Assembly (NCBI GenBank): GCA_035548175.1
Contig: DASZTO010000053.1
Span: 8,472 to 72,471 of the forward strand
Reading direction: 5' to 3'
DNA length: 64,000 nucleotides
DNA from: Phycisphaerae bacterium
GTDB lineage: Bacteria > Planctomycetota > Phycisphaerae > WQYP01
The notes below the pieces were generated by a model. The model searched no databases, was not told the origin of the DNA, and saw nothing but the letters and a program-made list of their open reading frames with translations. Position numbers and translations under genes: made by a program. Shown in pieces: positions 1 through 10,550 of the stretch (within the stretch, counting starts at the first letter, position 1; every line of letters starts with the position of its first letter).

Positions 1-1
1 T

Positions 2-2527
2 GCTGAGGCGACGAGCGATGCGGAAAGTAGTTCAGGCAGTTCCGGCGATATGACGGCTAGTTCGACTGCGACGTCGGGGCCTGGTGGCAATGGGGCATCG
101 GCCTCAATGGCGACCAACACTGGAGGAGGGGATGCGGGCATAGCTACGGCCGAGGCGCAGGCAGTCGCTCATGGCTTGAGCGCGGCGGGGGCGAGCGCAA
201 ACGCCACAGGCGGGGTAGGGGGCGATGCCGGCGGAAGTGGGGCAACCGGGGGTGCGGGGGGCGATGTTAACGGATCTGCAACGGCTGTGTCGGATCAGGG
301 AAATGCCACGGCATCTACGACCGTGGTGGCGGGCAAGGGGGGTGGCGCAGGCGTGGCCGGCTACGGCGCCGACGGCGCATCGACAGGGGATGCTACCGCA
401 ACTGCCACGACCTATGGCACCGGAGCAGCCGCGCGGGCGACGGTTGTCGCCACTGGGGGCGCGGGGGGTTATGGTGGCTCCGAGCCGGCAGGAAAAGGGG
501 GGAATGCCAGCTTAGACGACGCCGTTTCAGCCACTAGTGATAATGGAACGGTCGAGATCACTCAATGGGCAACGGGAGGGGCGGGACAGGACGGTTCGAT
601 TGGCGGTGACGGTGGCTCGGCGAGCTCCACGATAAGCAGTTTTACATCTTTGAGTAGCAACATTGTTGTGTCATTAAGCGCAAGCGGTGGAAATTCTGGC
701 AGCGGCGCTGCGTCTACAGGTGCAACCGGCGGATCGGCATCGGTTGGGGGAAGCTTTGAAGGGCAAGGATATATGAACGTAGTTCTATCCGCGACTGGTG
801 GAAATGGAGGGCAGACCTCCGGGGGTGCGGGGGGAAATGCTGGCAGTACCACGGTTGGCGATACCACCGTAACCAGCCACGAAACATCGGGACTGAATGC
901 GATACTGACTGTCACGGCTACCGGGGGCATCGGAGGCAACGGATACATGGCGGCGGCGGGAGGGGTGGTGAGTTTCACTCCGGGCACCCCCTTAGTGGTG
1001 GACGCTCGTGATCCGTCGGTCACTTTGACAGACATTGGAGGAAAGGGCGGGAGCGCGGAGAGCTATAGCGGATACGGTGGAGCGGGTGGGGACGCGGGTG
1101 CGAACAACTACATAGGTATTGATAGCGGCGATCACGGCAATGCCAACCTGCAGCAAAGGGCGAAGGGAGGAGAAGGAGGGAGCGGGTACCTTGACGGCGG
1201 CAACGGTGGAACGGGGAGCAGCTATTTGTCATATGCGATCAGTGCCGATCAGCTTACGATGGAGGCCGACGCGTATGGGGGAAACGGGGGAGATGGAACA
1301 GGTTTCGGATCTTCGGGAGGGTCGGGCGGCGCGGCGACTGCGGTACTCTACGCGGAGAATACAAAGGCAGGTGGAACCGTAACGGGTACGGCGGTCGCGG
1401 CCGGCGGAACTGCCGGAAGTGGCACCAGTGGAAGTGGGGGTTATGCGATTGCCGAGGTGACTGTTGTTGCGGACGGGATTGAGTTGTACCTTGAAAAAAC
1501 CGCAGCGGGCAGTGGAACGAGCGGTGGATCAGCCTATGTTTCTCTGTCATCAATGGATAGCATGGGCGGAGCTGATCATACGCTCACGAGTATGAGCGTA
1601 GGGACGGATGCAACAGGGACGTTTACGCATGACAGCAACACGTTGACGGTGGGGACGCTGACGATTGGGGATTCGGGGACGTATAACATGACCGGGGGGA
1701 CATTGGCGGCGTCGAGCACGGTGGTGACGGAGTTTGGGACGTTCCATCAAAGCGGGGGGACGGCGTCGGTGGGGGAATTCAGCGGCGAGTTGGGGGGGAT
1801 GACTATCGATTCGGGGGCGACGGCGACGGCCACAGCGTTGACGGGGGAGATGGGGCACTTTGCGATCAATGGCACGCTGACGGTATCGCACACGACGGCG
1901 ACGCGGCAGGCGCCGGGGGTGGCGATGGACCTGGATTCGATTGCGGTGGGTTCGGGGGGAAAGTTCGATATTACGAATCATGACATTGTGGAACATCCGA
2001 CGCCGTACAACGGGGGGATGTTCCTCGCGGACGTTCGAGCAGCACTGATTGCGGGGCGCGGGACCGGAACATGGGACGGGTCGACGGGGATCACGAGTTC
2101 GGATGCGCATGCCAATGGCATGGACCTGGGGTACGCCAGTGCGCTGGAGTTGGGACTGCCGGATGACGGGTCTGGATCGTTCGAAGGGATTGGGATATTG
2201 CAGGATGATTTGGACGATAACAGCACGTATGACGTGATCATCAAATACACGTTTGGCGGGGACGCCAATCTGGACGGGAAGGTGGATTCGGCGGACCAGG
2301 CGATCCTGACGTCGTACATGGGGACGAGTTCCGGGGCGGATTGGTCGATGGGGGACTTTAATTATGATGGGGTGGTCAATTCGGCGGATCAGGCCATTCT
2401 GACGGCGGATTGGCTGGACGGTACCGGGGGTATCCACGGGGCACCGGTTCCGGAACCGGCGGCGCTGGGGATCATCGGCATTCCGGCGTTCGTGATGCTG
2501 TCGCGCCGGTATCGCAGAAGTCATTGA
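2..2527 (+). CDS. Gly-rich repeat surface protein with tandem dockerin-like Ca-binding repeats and C-terminal PEP-CTERM sorting signal; 5' end probably outside window
   Basis: Frame is open from the window edge through the first ATG at 50. The protein is G/A/S/T-rich with GGxGG-type repeats. There are two DxNxDGxVxSADxAIL dockerin-type repeats near the C-terminus. The final ~27 aa are PVPEP + hydrophobic helix + RRYRR, the PEP-CTERM pattern. Confidence 0.75.
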   Translation, partial: AEATSDAESSSGSSGDMTASSTATSGPGGNGASASMATNTGGGDAGIATAEAQAVAHGLSAAGASANATGGVGGDAGGSGATGGAGGDVNGSATAVSDQGNATASTTVVAGKGGGAGVAGYGADGASTGDATATATTYGTGAAARATVVATGGAGGYGGSEPAGKGGNASLDDAVSATSDNGTVEITQWATGGAGQDGSIGGDGGSASSTISSFTSLSSNIVVSLSASGGNSGSGAASTGATGGSASVGGSFEGQGYMNVVLSATGGNGGQTSGGAGGNAGSTTVGDTTVTSHETSGLNAILTVTATGGIGGNGYMAAAGGVVSFTPGTPLVVDARDPSVTLTDIGGKGGSAESYSGYGGAGGDAGANNYIGIDSGDHGNANLQQRAKGGEGGSGYLDGGNGGTGSSYLSYAISADQLTMEADAYGGNGGDGTGFGSSGGSGGAATAVLYAENTKAGGTVTGTAVAAGGTAGSGTSGSGGYAIAEVTVVADGIELYLEKTAAGSGTSGGSAYVSLSSMDSMGGADHTLTSMSVGTDATGTFTHDSNTLTVGTLTIGDSGTYNMTGGTLAASSTVVTEFGTFHQSGGTASVGEFSGELGGMTIDSGATATATALTGEMGHFAINGTLTVSHTTATRQAPGVAMDLDSIAVGSGGKFDITNHDIVEHPTPYNGGMFLADVRAALIAGRGTGTWDGSTGITSSDAHANGMDLGYASALELGLPDDGSGSFEGIGILQDDLDDNSTYDVIIKYTFGGDANLDGKVDSADQAILTSYMGTSSGADWSMGDFNYDGVVNSADQAILTADWLDGTGGIHGAPVPEPAALGIIGIPAFVMLSRRYRRSH

Positions 2528-2551
2528 TTTTGCAGGGGCTATACGAGAATG

Positions 2552-2588
2552 GAAAGGCACCGCGCGGTGCGGGGCCTTTTTTTGCGCG
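2552..2588 (+). terminator. Rho-independent terminator after the PEP-CTERM gene
   Basis: GC-rich hairpin aaaggcaccgcgcggtgcggggcc followed by a run of 7 T, ~25 nt after the stop codon. Confidence 0.55.
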
Positions 2589-2788
2589 CTGGTCCGGGAG
2601 GGGATGGGTGGGACAAAGTTGGAAAGTGTTGCGGAATGGGGAGGGCGGCGACGCGTTGAAGAGCAGAAGGCGTTGCTGGTCGATTCGGAATCGCGGACGG
2701 ATTGGCATGGGCAGCGCTGGAGACGTTGGAAGGCCGGTGTCCGGAGCCGGTCTCGTGCAGGTGTGATTGTGCCGCGAGAGCGAATTGA

Positions 2789-4249
2789 ATGAGTCGTCAG
2801 TTGGTGGATCGAGGCCCGTCGCCGTCGGAATCGAAGCCGGGGGGCGATGCTGCGCGCGCGGAGGCGGGGGGCACGGGGAGTGCGGCGGGTGTGGAGGGTG
2901 CGGGGCAGGGGGTTGGGGGCGGAGGGCGCCGGGTGGGGGGTGGGTCGAGCGTGCATGGGCATGGGTCGCACCTGGTGACGTGGGTGATCGTGGCGGTGTT
3001 GCTGGCGGCGGGGGCGGCCGGGGGGTATTTCTTTTACGAGCATCAGAAGAACGCCAAGCCGCCGGCGCAACCGCCTGCGCGGCCGACGCCGGTGGTGGCG
3101 ATCGCGGCGGAGAAGCAGGACCTGCCGGTGTATTTGCAGGCATTGGGGACGGTGACGGCGTACAACACGGTGAACGTGCGGACGCGGGTGGACGGGCAGT
3201 TGATGTCGGTGAATTTTCAGGAGGGGGACCGGGTGAAGGCAGGGCAGGTGTTGGCGCAGATCGACTCGCGTCCGTTTGAGGTGCAACTGGAGCAGGCGCA
3301 GGGGACGCTGGCGCGGGATGAGGCGTCGCTGAAGAACGCGCAACTGGATTTGCAAAGGTATGAGGCGGCGAAGGAGGCGATTTCGCAGCAGCAGATCGAT
3401 ACGGCGGCGGCGGCGGTGGCGCAGTATGAGGGGGCGATCAAGACGGATCAGGGGGTGATCGGCAATGCGAAGCTGAACATCACGTATTGCACGATCACGG
3501 CGCCGATCACGGGGGTGATCGGGTTGCGCCAGGTGGATGTGGGGAACATGGTGCATGCGACGGATGCGAACGGGCTGGCGGTGATTACGCAGGAGCAGCC
3601 GATCGCGGTGTTGTTCTATCCGCGGCAGCAGGATTTGCCGGAGGTGTTGCAGCAGTTGAACACGGGCGCGAAGCTGCCGGTGGAGATATGGGATCAAGCG
3701 CTGACGAAGAAGCTGACGGATGGTGTACTGGAAACGATAGACAATCAGATCGATCCGTTGAGCGGGACGGCGCGGTTCAAGGCGGTGGTGGCGAACGATC
3801 CGCGGATATTGTTTCCGAACGAATTTGTGAATGTGAAGCTGCTGGTCAGGACGCTGCGCGGGGCGGTGACGGTGTCATCGGCGGCGGTGCAGCAGGGGCC
3901 ATCGGGGTGGTACGTGTATGTGGTGAAGGATGGGAAGGCGGAGATGCGAACGGTGACGACGGATCCTGCTTTCGCGCAGGGGGAGACGGCGGTAATCGAC
4001 ACGGGGTTGACGTCGGGGGAGATGGTGGTGGTGAACGGTGTGGACAAGCTGCATGACGGGGCGGAGGTGACGGTGCGGAAGCCGGGGGAGTCGGGGACGG
4101 AGTCGGCGACGGGACCGGCGGGGACGACGGGGGCGGGCGGCGGCCGGGGAGGGCGGGGAGGGCGGGGGGGTCGGCGTGGGGCGCCGGCGTCGAGCGCTCC
4201 GGCGTTGCTGGAAGGTGGGGCTTCCGGAGGAGCGGGGAGGGCGCGATGA
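2789..4249 (+). CDS. mdtA: RND efflux membrane fusion protein (periplasmic adaptor, MdtA/AcrA family)
   Basis: N-terminal TM helix, then a biotinyl-lipoyl-like hairpin (NTVNVRTRVDGQL..NFQEGDRVKAGQVLAQID) and coiled-coil/beta-barrel motifs. It overlaps the downstream RND permease by 4 nt (ATGA). It carries long Gly/Arg-rich N- and C-terminal tails (GRGGRGGRGGRRG), so the true start may be internal. Confidence 0.8.
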   Translation: MSRQLVDRGPSPSESKPGGDAARAEAGGTGSAAGVEGAGQGVGGGGRRVGGGSSVHGHGSHLVTWVIVAVLLAAGAAGGYFFYEHQKNAKPPAQPPARPTPVVAIAAEKQDLPVYLQALGTVTAYNTVNVRTRVDGQLMSVNFQEGDRVKAGQVLAQIDSRPFEVQLEQAQGTLARDEASLKNAQLDLQRYEAAKEAISQQQIDTAAAAVAQYEGAIKTDQGVIGNAKLNITYCTITAPITGVIGLRQVDVGNMVHATDANGLAVITQEQPIAVLFYPRQQDLPEVLQQLNTGAKLPVEIWDQALTKKLTDGVLETIDNQIDPLSGTARFKAVVANDPRILFPNEFVNVKLLVRTLRGAVTVSSAAVQQGPSGWYVYVVKDGKAEMRTVTTDPAFAQGETAVIDTGLTSGEMVVVNGVDKLHDGAEVTVRKPGESGTESATGPAGTTGAGGGRGGRGGRGGRRGAPASSAPALLEGGASGGAGRAR

Positions 4250-7200
4250 GTCCCTCGCGGCCGTTCATTTTGAGACCCGTGGCGACGTCGCTGCTGATGG
4301 TGGCGATATTGCTGGTGGGTCTGGTGGCGTATGGGGAATTGCCGGTATCGGCGTTGCCGGAGGTGGATTATCCGACGATACAGATACAGACGTTTTATCC
4401 GGGGGCGGCGCCGGACGTGATGGCGACGTCGGTGACGGCGCCGCTGGAGCGGCAGTTCGGGCAGATGCCGGGGCTGTCGCAGATGATCTCGACGTCATCG
4501 GAGGGGTGTTCGGTCATCACGCTGCAGTTCGACCTGTCGTTGAACATAGACATAGCGGAGCAGGAGGTGCAGGCGGCGATCAACGCGGCGACGACGTATT
4601 TGCCGAAGGACTTACCGAACCCGCCGATTTATGCGAAGACGAATCCCGCGGATGCGCCGATCATCACGCTGGCGTTGTCATCGGAGACGATGCCGCTGTC
4701 GAAGGTGGAGGATCTGGCGGACACGCGTCTGGCGGAGAAGATTTCGCAGGTGCCTGGGGTGGGGCTGGTGAGCATATCGGGGGGTCAGAAGCCGGCGGTG
4801 AGGATACAGGTGAATCCGACGGCGCTGGCGTCGCGGATGCTGTCGATGGACGACGTGCGAGCGGCGATAACGGCGGCGAACGTGAACCAGGCGAAGGGGA
4901 CGTTTGACGGGCCGCGGCTGGCGCACACGATTGGTGCGAACGACCAGTTGCTGACGAGCGCGGACTATAAGCCTTTGGTGATTGCGTATCGCAACGGTCG
5001 GCCGGTGCATTTGTCGGATGTGGCGGACGTGGTGGACGGGGTGGAGAACGAGCGGGAAGCGGCGTGGATGAATCTGACGCCGGCGGTGATCGTGAACATC
5101 CAGCGGCAGCCGGGTGCGAACATCATCGAGGTGGTGGACCGGGTGCAGGCGTTGCTGCCGCAGTTGCAGACGTCGCTGCCGTCGGGGGTGAAGGTGGATA
5201 TTCTGACGGACCGGACGAACACGATCCGTGCGTCGGTGAGCGACGTGCAGTTCGAGCTGCTGCTGACGATCGGGTTGGTGGTGCTGGTGATATTTGTATT
5301 TTTGCGGTCGATAGCGGCGACGGTGATACCGTCGGTGGCGGTGCCGCTGGCGATCGTGGGGACGTTCGGGGGGATGTACCTGCTGGGCTATTCGCTGAAC
5401 AATCTGACGCTGATGGCGTTGACGATTTCGACGGGGTTCGTGGTGGACGACGCGATCGTGATGATCGAGAACATCACGCGGTACATCGAGGAGGGGGAGG
5501 CGCCGCTGGAGGCGGCATTGAAGGGATCGGCGCAGATCGGGTTTACGATTTTGAGTTTGAGCGTGTCGCTGATAGCGGTGCTGATACCGCTGTTGTTCAT
5601 GGGGGACATAGTGGGGCGGCTGTTCCGGGAATTCGCGGTGACGCTGTCGATGACGATCGTGGTGTCGGCGGCGGTGTCGCTGACGCTGACGCCGATGATG
5701 TGCGCGCTTTTGCTGAGGCACAAACGGCCGGAGGAGCATGGGTGGCTGTACCGGATGTCGGAGCGGGGGTTTCAGAAGCTGATTGATTTTTATGATGTGA
5801 CGCTGGGGTGGTGCCTGCGGCATCAGCCGGTGACGCTGCTGATCGCGGTGATGACGCTGGCGTTGACGGTGGTGTTGTACCTGGAGATACCGAAGGGTTT
5901 TTTCCCGGTGCAGGACACGGGGGTGATCATGGGGATATCGGAGGCGCCGCAGGACATATCGTTTGAGGCGATGGAAGCGCGGCAGAAGAAGCTGGCGGAG
6001 GTTATTCTGAAGGATCCGGCGGTGGAGAGCCTGTCGAGTTTTATTGGGATTGAGGGGACGAACACGACGCTGAACAGCGGGCGGATCCAGATCAATTTGA
6101 AGCCGCTCGCGCAGCGGAAGATATTCGCCACGGACATCATTCGGCGGCTGGAGCCGGAGCTGGCGAAGGTGGTGGGGATTTCGCTGTACATGCAGCCGGT
6201 GCAGGATTTGAGCGTGGAGACGCGTCCGAGCCGGACGGAGTTTCAGTACACGCTGGAGAGCCCGACGTCGGCGGAGCTGGCGGAGTGGGCGCCGAAGTTC
6301 GAGGCGAAGCTGAAATCTCTGCCGGAGATCACGGACGTGGCGAGCGACCAGCTCAACGACGGGCTGGAGACGAAGCTGGCGATCGACCGGGACACGGCGG
6401 CGCGTCTGGGGGTGACGCCGCAGATGATCGACGACGCGTTGTACGACGCGTATGGGCAGCGGCAGGTGTCGACGATGTTCACGCAGTTGAACCAGTATCA
6501 CGTGATATTGGAGGTGGCGCCGAAATTTCGGGATGCGCCGGCGGATTTGAATGATGTGTACGTGCATCCGCCGAGCGGCGCGCGGGTGCCCTTGTCGGCG
6601 TTGACGAGCTGGAAGAAGGAGACAGCGCCGCTGACGATCAACCATCAGGGGCAGTTTCCGGCGGTGACGCTGTCGTTCAATCTGGCGCCGGGGGCGTCGC
6701 TTGGGGAGGCGGTGAAAGCGGTCGAGAAGGCGCAGGCGGACCTGGGGATGCCGGCGAGCGTGCAGGCGGGTTTTCAGGGGACGGCGGCGGCGTTTCGGGC
6801 GTCGCTGACGAACACGCCGCTGTTGATTCTGGCGGCGGTGGTGACGGTGTACATCGTGCTGGGGGTGTTGTACGAGAGCTACGTGCATCCGGTGACGATA
6901 TTGAGCACGCTGCCATCGGCGGCGGTGGGTGCATTGCTGGCGTTGATGCTGTGCGGGCAGGATTTTTCGATCATTGCGTTGATCGGGATTATTTTGCTGA
7001 TAGGGATTGTGGAGAAGAACGCGATCATGATGATCGATTTCGCGCTGGATGCGGAGCGGACGCAGGGGAAGAGTGCGTTCGATGCGATTTACCAGGCGTC
7101 GCTTTTGCGGTTCAGGCCGATCCTGATGACGACGATGGCGGCGCTGCTGGGCGGGGTGCCGCTGGCGCTTTCGAGCGGGACGGGGTCGGAGTTGCGGCGT

Positions 7201-7425
7201 CCGCTGGGGATAGCGATCGTGGGGGGACTGATTTTTTCGCAGATGCTGACGCTGTACACGACGCCGGTGATATACCTGGCGTTTGACGCGATTGCGCGGA
7301 AGGTGACGGGTGGGCGGAGGCGGGAGGAGGGAGCGGCGGAGGAAGGGGATTTGCCGGCGTTGCCGGCGCCGGAGGAAGCGCCGCTATTGCCGGCGGGGAG
7401 CGGCGGATTAGGGGGGCATCCGTGA
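4246..7425 (+). CDS. mdtB: RND multidrug efflux permease (MdtB/AcrB family), 1059 aa
   Basis: 12-TM RND architecture. N-terminus MSPSRPFILRPVATSLLMVAILLVG and conserved motifs (TLSFNLAPG, ALLGGVPLAL, IVGGLIFSQMLTLYTTPV). Start overlaps the MFP stop (ATGA). Confidence 0.9.
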   Translation: MSPSRPFILRPVATSLLMVAILLVGLVAYGELPVSALPEVDYPTIQIQTFYPGAAPDVMATSVTAPLERQFGQMPGLSQMISTSSEGCSVITLQFDLSLNIDIAEQEVQAAINAATTYLPKDLPNPPIYAKTNPADAPIITLALSSETMPLSKVEDLADTRLAEKISQVPGVGLVSISGGQKPAVRIQVNPTALASRMLSMDDVRAAITAANVNQAKGTFDGPRLAHTIGANDQLLTSADYKPLVIAYRNGRPVHLSDVADVVDGVENEREAAWMNLTPAVIVNIQRQPGANIIEVVDRVQALLPQLQTSLPSGVKVDILTDRTNTIRASVSDVQFELLLTIGLVVLVIFVFLRSIAATVIPSVAVPLAIVGTFGGMYLLGYSLNNLTLMALTISTGFVVDDAIVMIENITRYIEEGEAPLEAALKGSAQIGFTILSLSVSLIAVLIPLLFMGDIVGRLFREFAVTLSMTIVVSAAVSLTLTPMMCALLLRHKRPEEHGWLYRMSERGFQKLIDFYDVTLGWCLRHQPVTLLIAVMTLALTVVLYLEIPKGFFPVQDTGVIMGISEAPQDISFEAMEARQKKLAEVILKDPAVESLSSFIGIEGTNTTLNSGRIQINLKPLAQRKIFATDIIRRLEPELAKVVGISLYMQPVQDLSVETRPSRTEFQYTLESPTSAELAEWAPKFEAKLKSLPEITDVASDQLNDGLETKLAIDRDTAARLGVTPQMIDDALYDAYGQRQVSTMFTQLNQYHVILEVAPKFRDAPADLNDVYVHPPSGARVPLSALTSWKKETAPLTINHQGQFPAVTLSFNLAPGASLGEAVKAVEKAQADLGMPASVQAGFQGTAAAFRASLTNTPLLILAAVVTVYIVLGVLYESYVHPVTILSTLPSAAVGALLALMLCGQDFSIIALIGIILLIGIVEKNAIMMIDFALDAERTQGKSAFDAIYQASLLRFRPILMTTMAALLGGVPLALSSGTGSELRRPLGIAIVGGLIFSQMLTLYTTPVIYLAFDAIARKVTGGRRREEGAAEEGDLPALPAPEEAPLLPAGSGGLGGHP

Positions 7426-10400
7426 GCGTATCGACGCCGTTCATTCACCGGCCGGTGGGGACGTCGCTGTTGACGGCGGCGATTGCGCTGGCGGGGATAC
7501 TGGCGTATTTTTTGTTGCCGGTGGCGCCGCTGCCGGAGGTGGAATTTCCGACGATATCGGTGAACGCGGGGTTGCCGGGGGCGAGTCCGGAGACGATGGC
7601 GTCGAGCGTGGCGACGCCGCTGGAGCGGCAGTTCGGGCGGATCGCGGGGGTGACGGAGATGACGTCGACGTCGAGTCTGGGGTCGACGAGCATCACACTG
7701 CAATTCGCGCTGGACCGGGACATCAATGCGGCGGCGCGGGACGTGCAGGCGGCGATCAACGGGGCGCTGGGGAACCTGCCGGCGAATCTGCCGGGGCTGC
7801 CGACGTATCGGAAGGTGAATCCGGCGGATTCGCCGATATTGATGCTGACGTTGACGTCGGGCGCGTATGACCGGGCGCACATGTATGACGTGGCGACGAC
7901 GATTCTGCAGCAGAAGCTGTCGCAGGTGGACGGGGTGGGGCAGGTATCGGTGTGGGGAGGGGCGAATCCGGCGGTGCGGGTGGAGATCAATCCGACGGCG
8001 CTCAACGGGCGGCACCTGAGCCTGGAGGATGTGCGGGCGGCGCTGTCGGCGGCGAACGCGAACCGTCCGAAGGGGGAGATTCAGGGTGCGCGTTTGTCGT
8101 ACTCGCTGGCGACGACGGACCAGTTGCTGGGGGCGGCGGCGTACCGGAACCTGATCATCGGGATGCACAATGGCGCCCCGGTGCGCGTGGGGGATGTGGC
8201 GACGGTGGTGGATTCGACGGAGAACGTGCAGAACTCGGCGCTGGCGAACGGAAAGCCGGCGGTGCTGCTGGCGATCTTCCGGCAGCCGGAGGCGAACATC
8301 ATCGACACGGTGGACCGTGTGAAGGCGTTGTTGCCGGAGTTTCGGGCATCGATACCTGCGGCGATGGATTTGAACGTGGTGATGGACCGGACGACGACGA
8401 TCCGGGCGTCGGTGGATGATGTGGAATTCACGCTGCTGATGGCGCTGCTGCTGGTGGTGCTGGTGGTGTTCGTGTTTTTGCGGGACTGGCGTTCGACGCT
8501 GATACCGGGGGTGGCGGTGCCGGTGTCGCTGCTGGGGACGACGGGGGCGATGTACCTGCTGGGCTATTCGCTGGACAACCTGTCGCTGATGGCGTTGACG
8601 ATATCGACGGGGTTCGTGGTGGATGACGCGATCGTGGTGGTGGAGAACATCACGCGGCATCTGGAGGCGGGGATGAAGCCGATGGCGGCGGCGTTGCGGG
8701 GGGCGCGGGAGATCGGTTTCACGGTGATGTCGATTTCGATATCGCTGGTGGCGGTGTTCATACCGATTCTGCTGATGGGTGGGATCGTGGGGCGGCTGTT
8801 CCGGGAATTCGCGGTGACGCTGTCGGTGGCGATCATGATGTCGATGATCGTGTCGCTGACGACGACGCCGATGATGTGCGCGATCCTGCTGAAGCATCGG
8901 CGGCCGGAGGAGCACGGGCGGATTTATCGTTTTTCGGAATGGGTGTTCGACCGGGTGCTGTGGTTTTACGAGTGGTCGCTGGGGTGGGTGTTGCGGCACC
9001 GGCTGATCATGCTGGTGGTGACGATCCTCACGATCGCGGTGACGGGGTGTTTGTTTTACGTGATTCCGAAGGGATTTTTCCCGGAGCAGGACGTGGGGCG
9101 GCTGGGGGGATCGGTGCAGACGGACCAGGACGCATCGTTTCAGTCGCTGACGAAGCTGCAGGAGGAGTATGCGCGGGTGGTGGGGCAGGACCCGGCGGTG
9201 GACAGCGTGATGGCGTTTGCGAACACGGGCGGGGTGCGATTTTTCGTGAGTCTGAAGCCGCTGGATGAGCGGGTGGGCGTGACGGAGGTGATCAGCCGGC
9301 TGCGGCGGAAGCTGGCGGGGGTTCCGGGGGCGACGCTGTATTTGAATGCGTTTCAGGACCTGCGGATCGGGGGTCGTCAGAGCCGGGCGGAATATCAGTA
9401 TGCGTTGACGTCGGACAATCTGCAGGAGCTGGAGACGTGGGCGCCGAAGCTGATGGAGCGGCTGAAGACGATACCGGGGCTGGTGGATGTGAACAGCGAC
9501 CAGCAGAACGCGGGGATCGAGGCGCATCTGGAGATCGACCGAGAGACGGCGGCGCGGCTGGGGATTTCGACGGCGGCGATCGATTCGATTTTGTACGATG
9601 CGTTTGGCCAGCGGCAGGTCTCGACGATGTTCACGGAGCTGAACCAGTATCACGTGGTGATGGAGGTGTCGCCGGAGTTTTCGCAGTCGCCGGACGGATT
9701 TGACTACACGTATTTGAAGGCGGCGGACGGGACGGAAGTGCCGCTGTCGTCGCTGGTGCATTATTCGCGGCAGGCGACGGCGACGTCGATCGGGCACCAG
9801 GGGGTGTTTCCGTGCATCACGCTGTCGTTCAATTTGTTGCCGGGGGTGTCGCTGGGGCAGGCGGTGGAGAAGATACAGGCGGCGGAGCGGGAGATGGGCG
9901 TGCCGGAGTCGTTGCATGGATCGTTTGCGGGGACGGCGCAGGCGTTTGAGTCGTCGGTGGAGACGCTGCCGCTGCTGTTTGTGGCGGCGATCGTGGCGGT
10001 GTACATCGTGCTGGGGATGTTGTACGAGAGCTTGATACACCCGGTGACGATATTGAGCACGCTGCCGTCGGCGGGGGTGGGGGCGCTGCTGGCGCTGTTG
10101 CTGTTTCACGTGGATTTGAGCCTGATGGCGGCGATCGGGATCATTCTGCTGATCGGGATCGTGAAGAAGAACGCGATCATGATGATTGATTTTGCGATCG
10201 AGCTGGAGCGGCGGGAGAAGACGTCGCCGGCGGAGGCGATTTACCAGGCGGCGCTGCTGCGGTTCCGGCCGATTCTGATGACGACGATGGCGGCGTTGTT
10301 CGGCGGGTTGCCGCTGGCGTTGGGGACGGGGACGGGGTCGGAGCTGCGGCGGCCGCTGGGGATCGCGATAGTGGGGGGGCTGATTTTTTCGCAGATGCTG

Positions 10401-10550
10401 ACGTTGTACACGACGCCGGTGATTTATCTGTACCTGGACCGGCTGCGGTTGTGGGTGACGGGGCAGGAGGCGAGCGGCGGGCAGGTTCCTCCGGGCACGC
10501 ATCACGGGCATGGACAAGGATTTCCAGTGGGAGCACCGGCACAGGCATGA
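7422..10550 (+). CDS. mdtC: RND multidrug efflux permease paralog (MdtC-like), 1042 aa
   Basis: Clear paralog of the upstream RND permease (same motifs, about 50% identity by eye). Start overlaps the upstream stop by 4 nt. Confidence 0.9.
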   Translation: MSVSTPFIHRPVGTSLLTAAIALAGILAYFLLPVAPLPEVEFPTISVNAGLPGASPETMASSVATPLERQFGRIAGVTEMTSTSSLGSTSITLQFALDRDINAAARDVQAAINGALGNLPANLPGLPTYRKVNPADSPILMLTLTSGAYDRAHMYDVATTILQQKLSQVDGVGQVSVWGGANPAVRVEINPTALNGRHLSLEDVRAALSAANANRPKGEIQGARLSYSLATTDQLLGAAAYRNLIIGMHNGAPVRVGDVATVVDSTENVQNSALANGKPAVLLAIFRQPEANIIDTVDRVKALLPEFRASIPAAMDLNVVMDRTTTIRASVDDVEFTLLMALLLVVLVVFVFLRDWRSTLIPGVAVPVSLLGTTGAMYLLGYSLDNLSLMALTISTGFVVDDAIVVVENITRHLEAGMKPMAAALRGAREIGFTVMSISISLVAVFIPILLMGGIVGRLFREFAVTLSVAIMMSMIVSLTTTPMMCAILLKHRRPEEHGRIYRFSEWVFDRVLWFYEWSLGWVLRHRLIMLVVTILTIAVTGCLFYVIPKGFFPEQDVGRLGGSVQTDQDASFQSLTKLQEEYARVVGQDPAVDSVMAFANTGGVRFFVSLKPLDERVGVTEVISRLRRKLAGVPGATLYLNAFQDLRIGGRQSRAEYQYALTSDNLQELETWAPKLMERLKTIPGLVDVNSDQQNAGIEAHLEIDRETAARLGISTAAIDSILYDAFGQRQVSTMFTELNQYHVVMEVSPEFSQSPDGFDYTYLKAADGTEVPLSSLVHYSRQATATSIGHQGVFPCITLSFNLLPGVSLGQAVEKIQAAEREMGVPESLHGSFAGTAQAFESSVETLPLLFVAAIVAVYIVLGMLYESLIHPVTILSTLPSAGVGALLALLLFHVDLSLMAAIGIILLIGIVKKNAIMMIDFAIELERREKTSPAEAIYQAALLRFRPILMTTMAALFGGLPLALGTGTGSELRRPLGIAIVGGLIFSQMLTLYTTPVIYLYLDRLRLWVTGQEASGGQVPPGTHHGHGQGFPVGAPAQA

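Noticed and set aside
1550-3697. 715-aa minus-strand ORF
   Set aside because: Extremely Arg/Pro/His/Gln-rich low-complexity translation, antisense to the PEP-CTERM and MFP genes. This is the typical mirror-frame artefact of high-GC DNA.
4678-10517. Two very long minus-strand ORFs (736 aa and 1142 aa)
   Set aside because: Antisense to the two RND permease genes, Arg/Gln/His-rich, with no motifs. The plus-strand RND genes explain the region.
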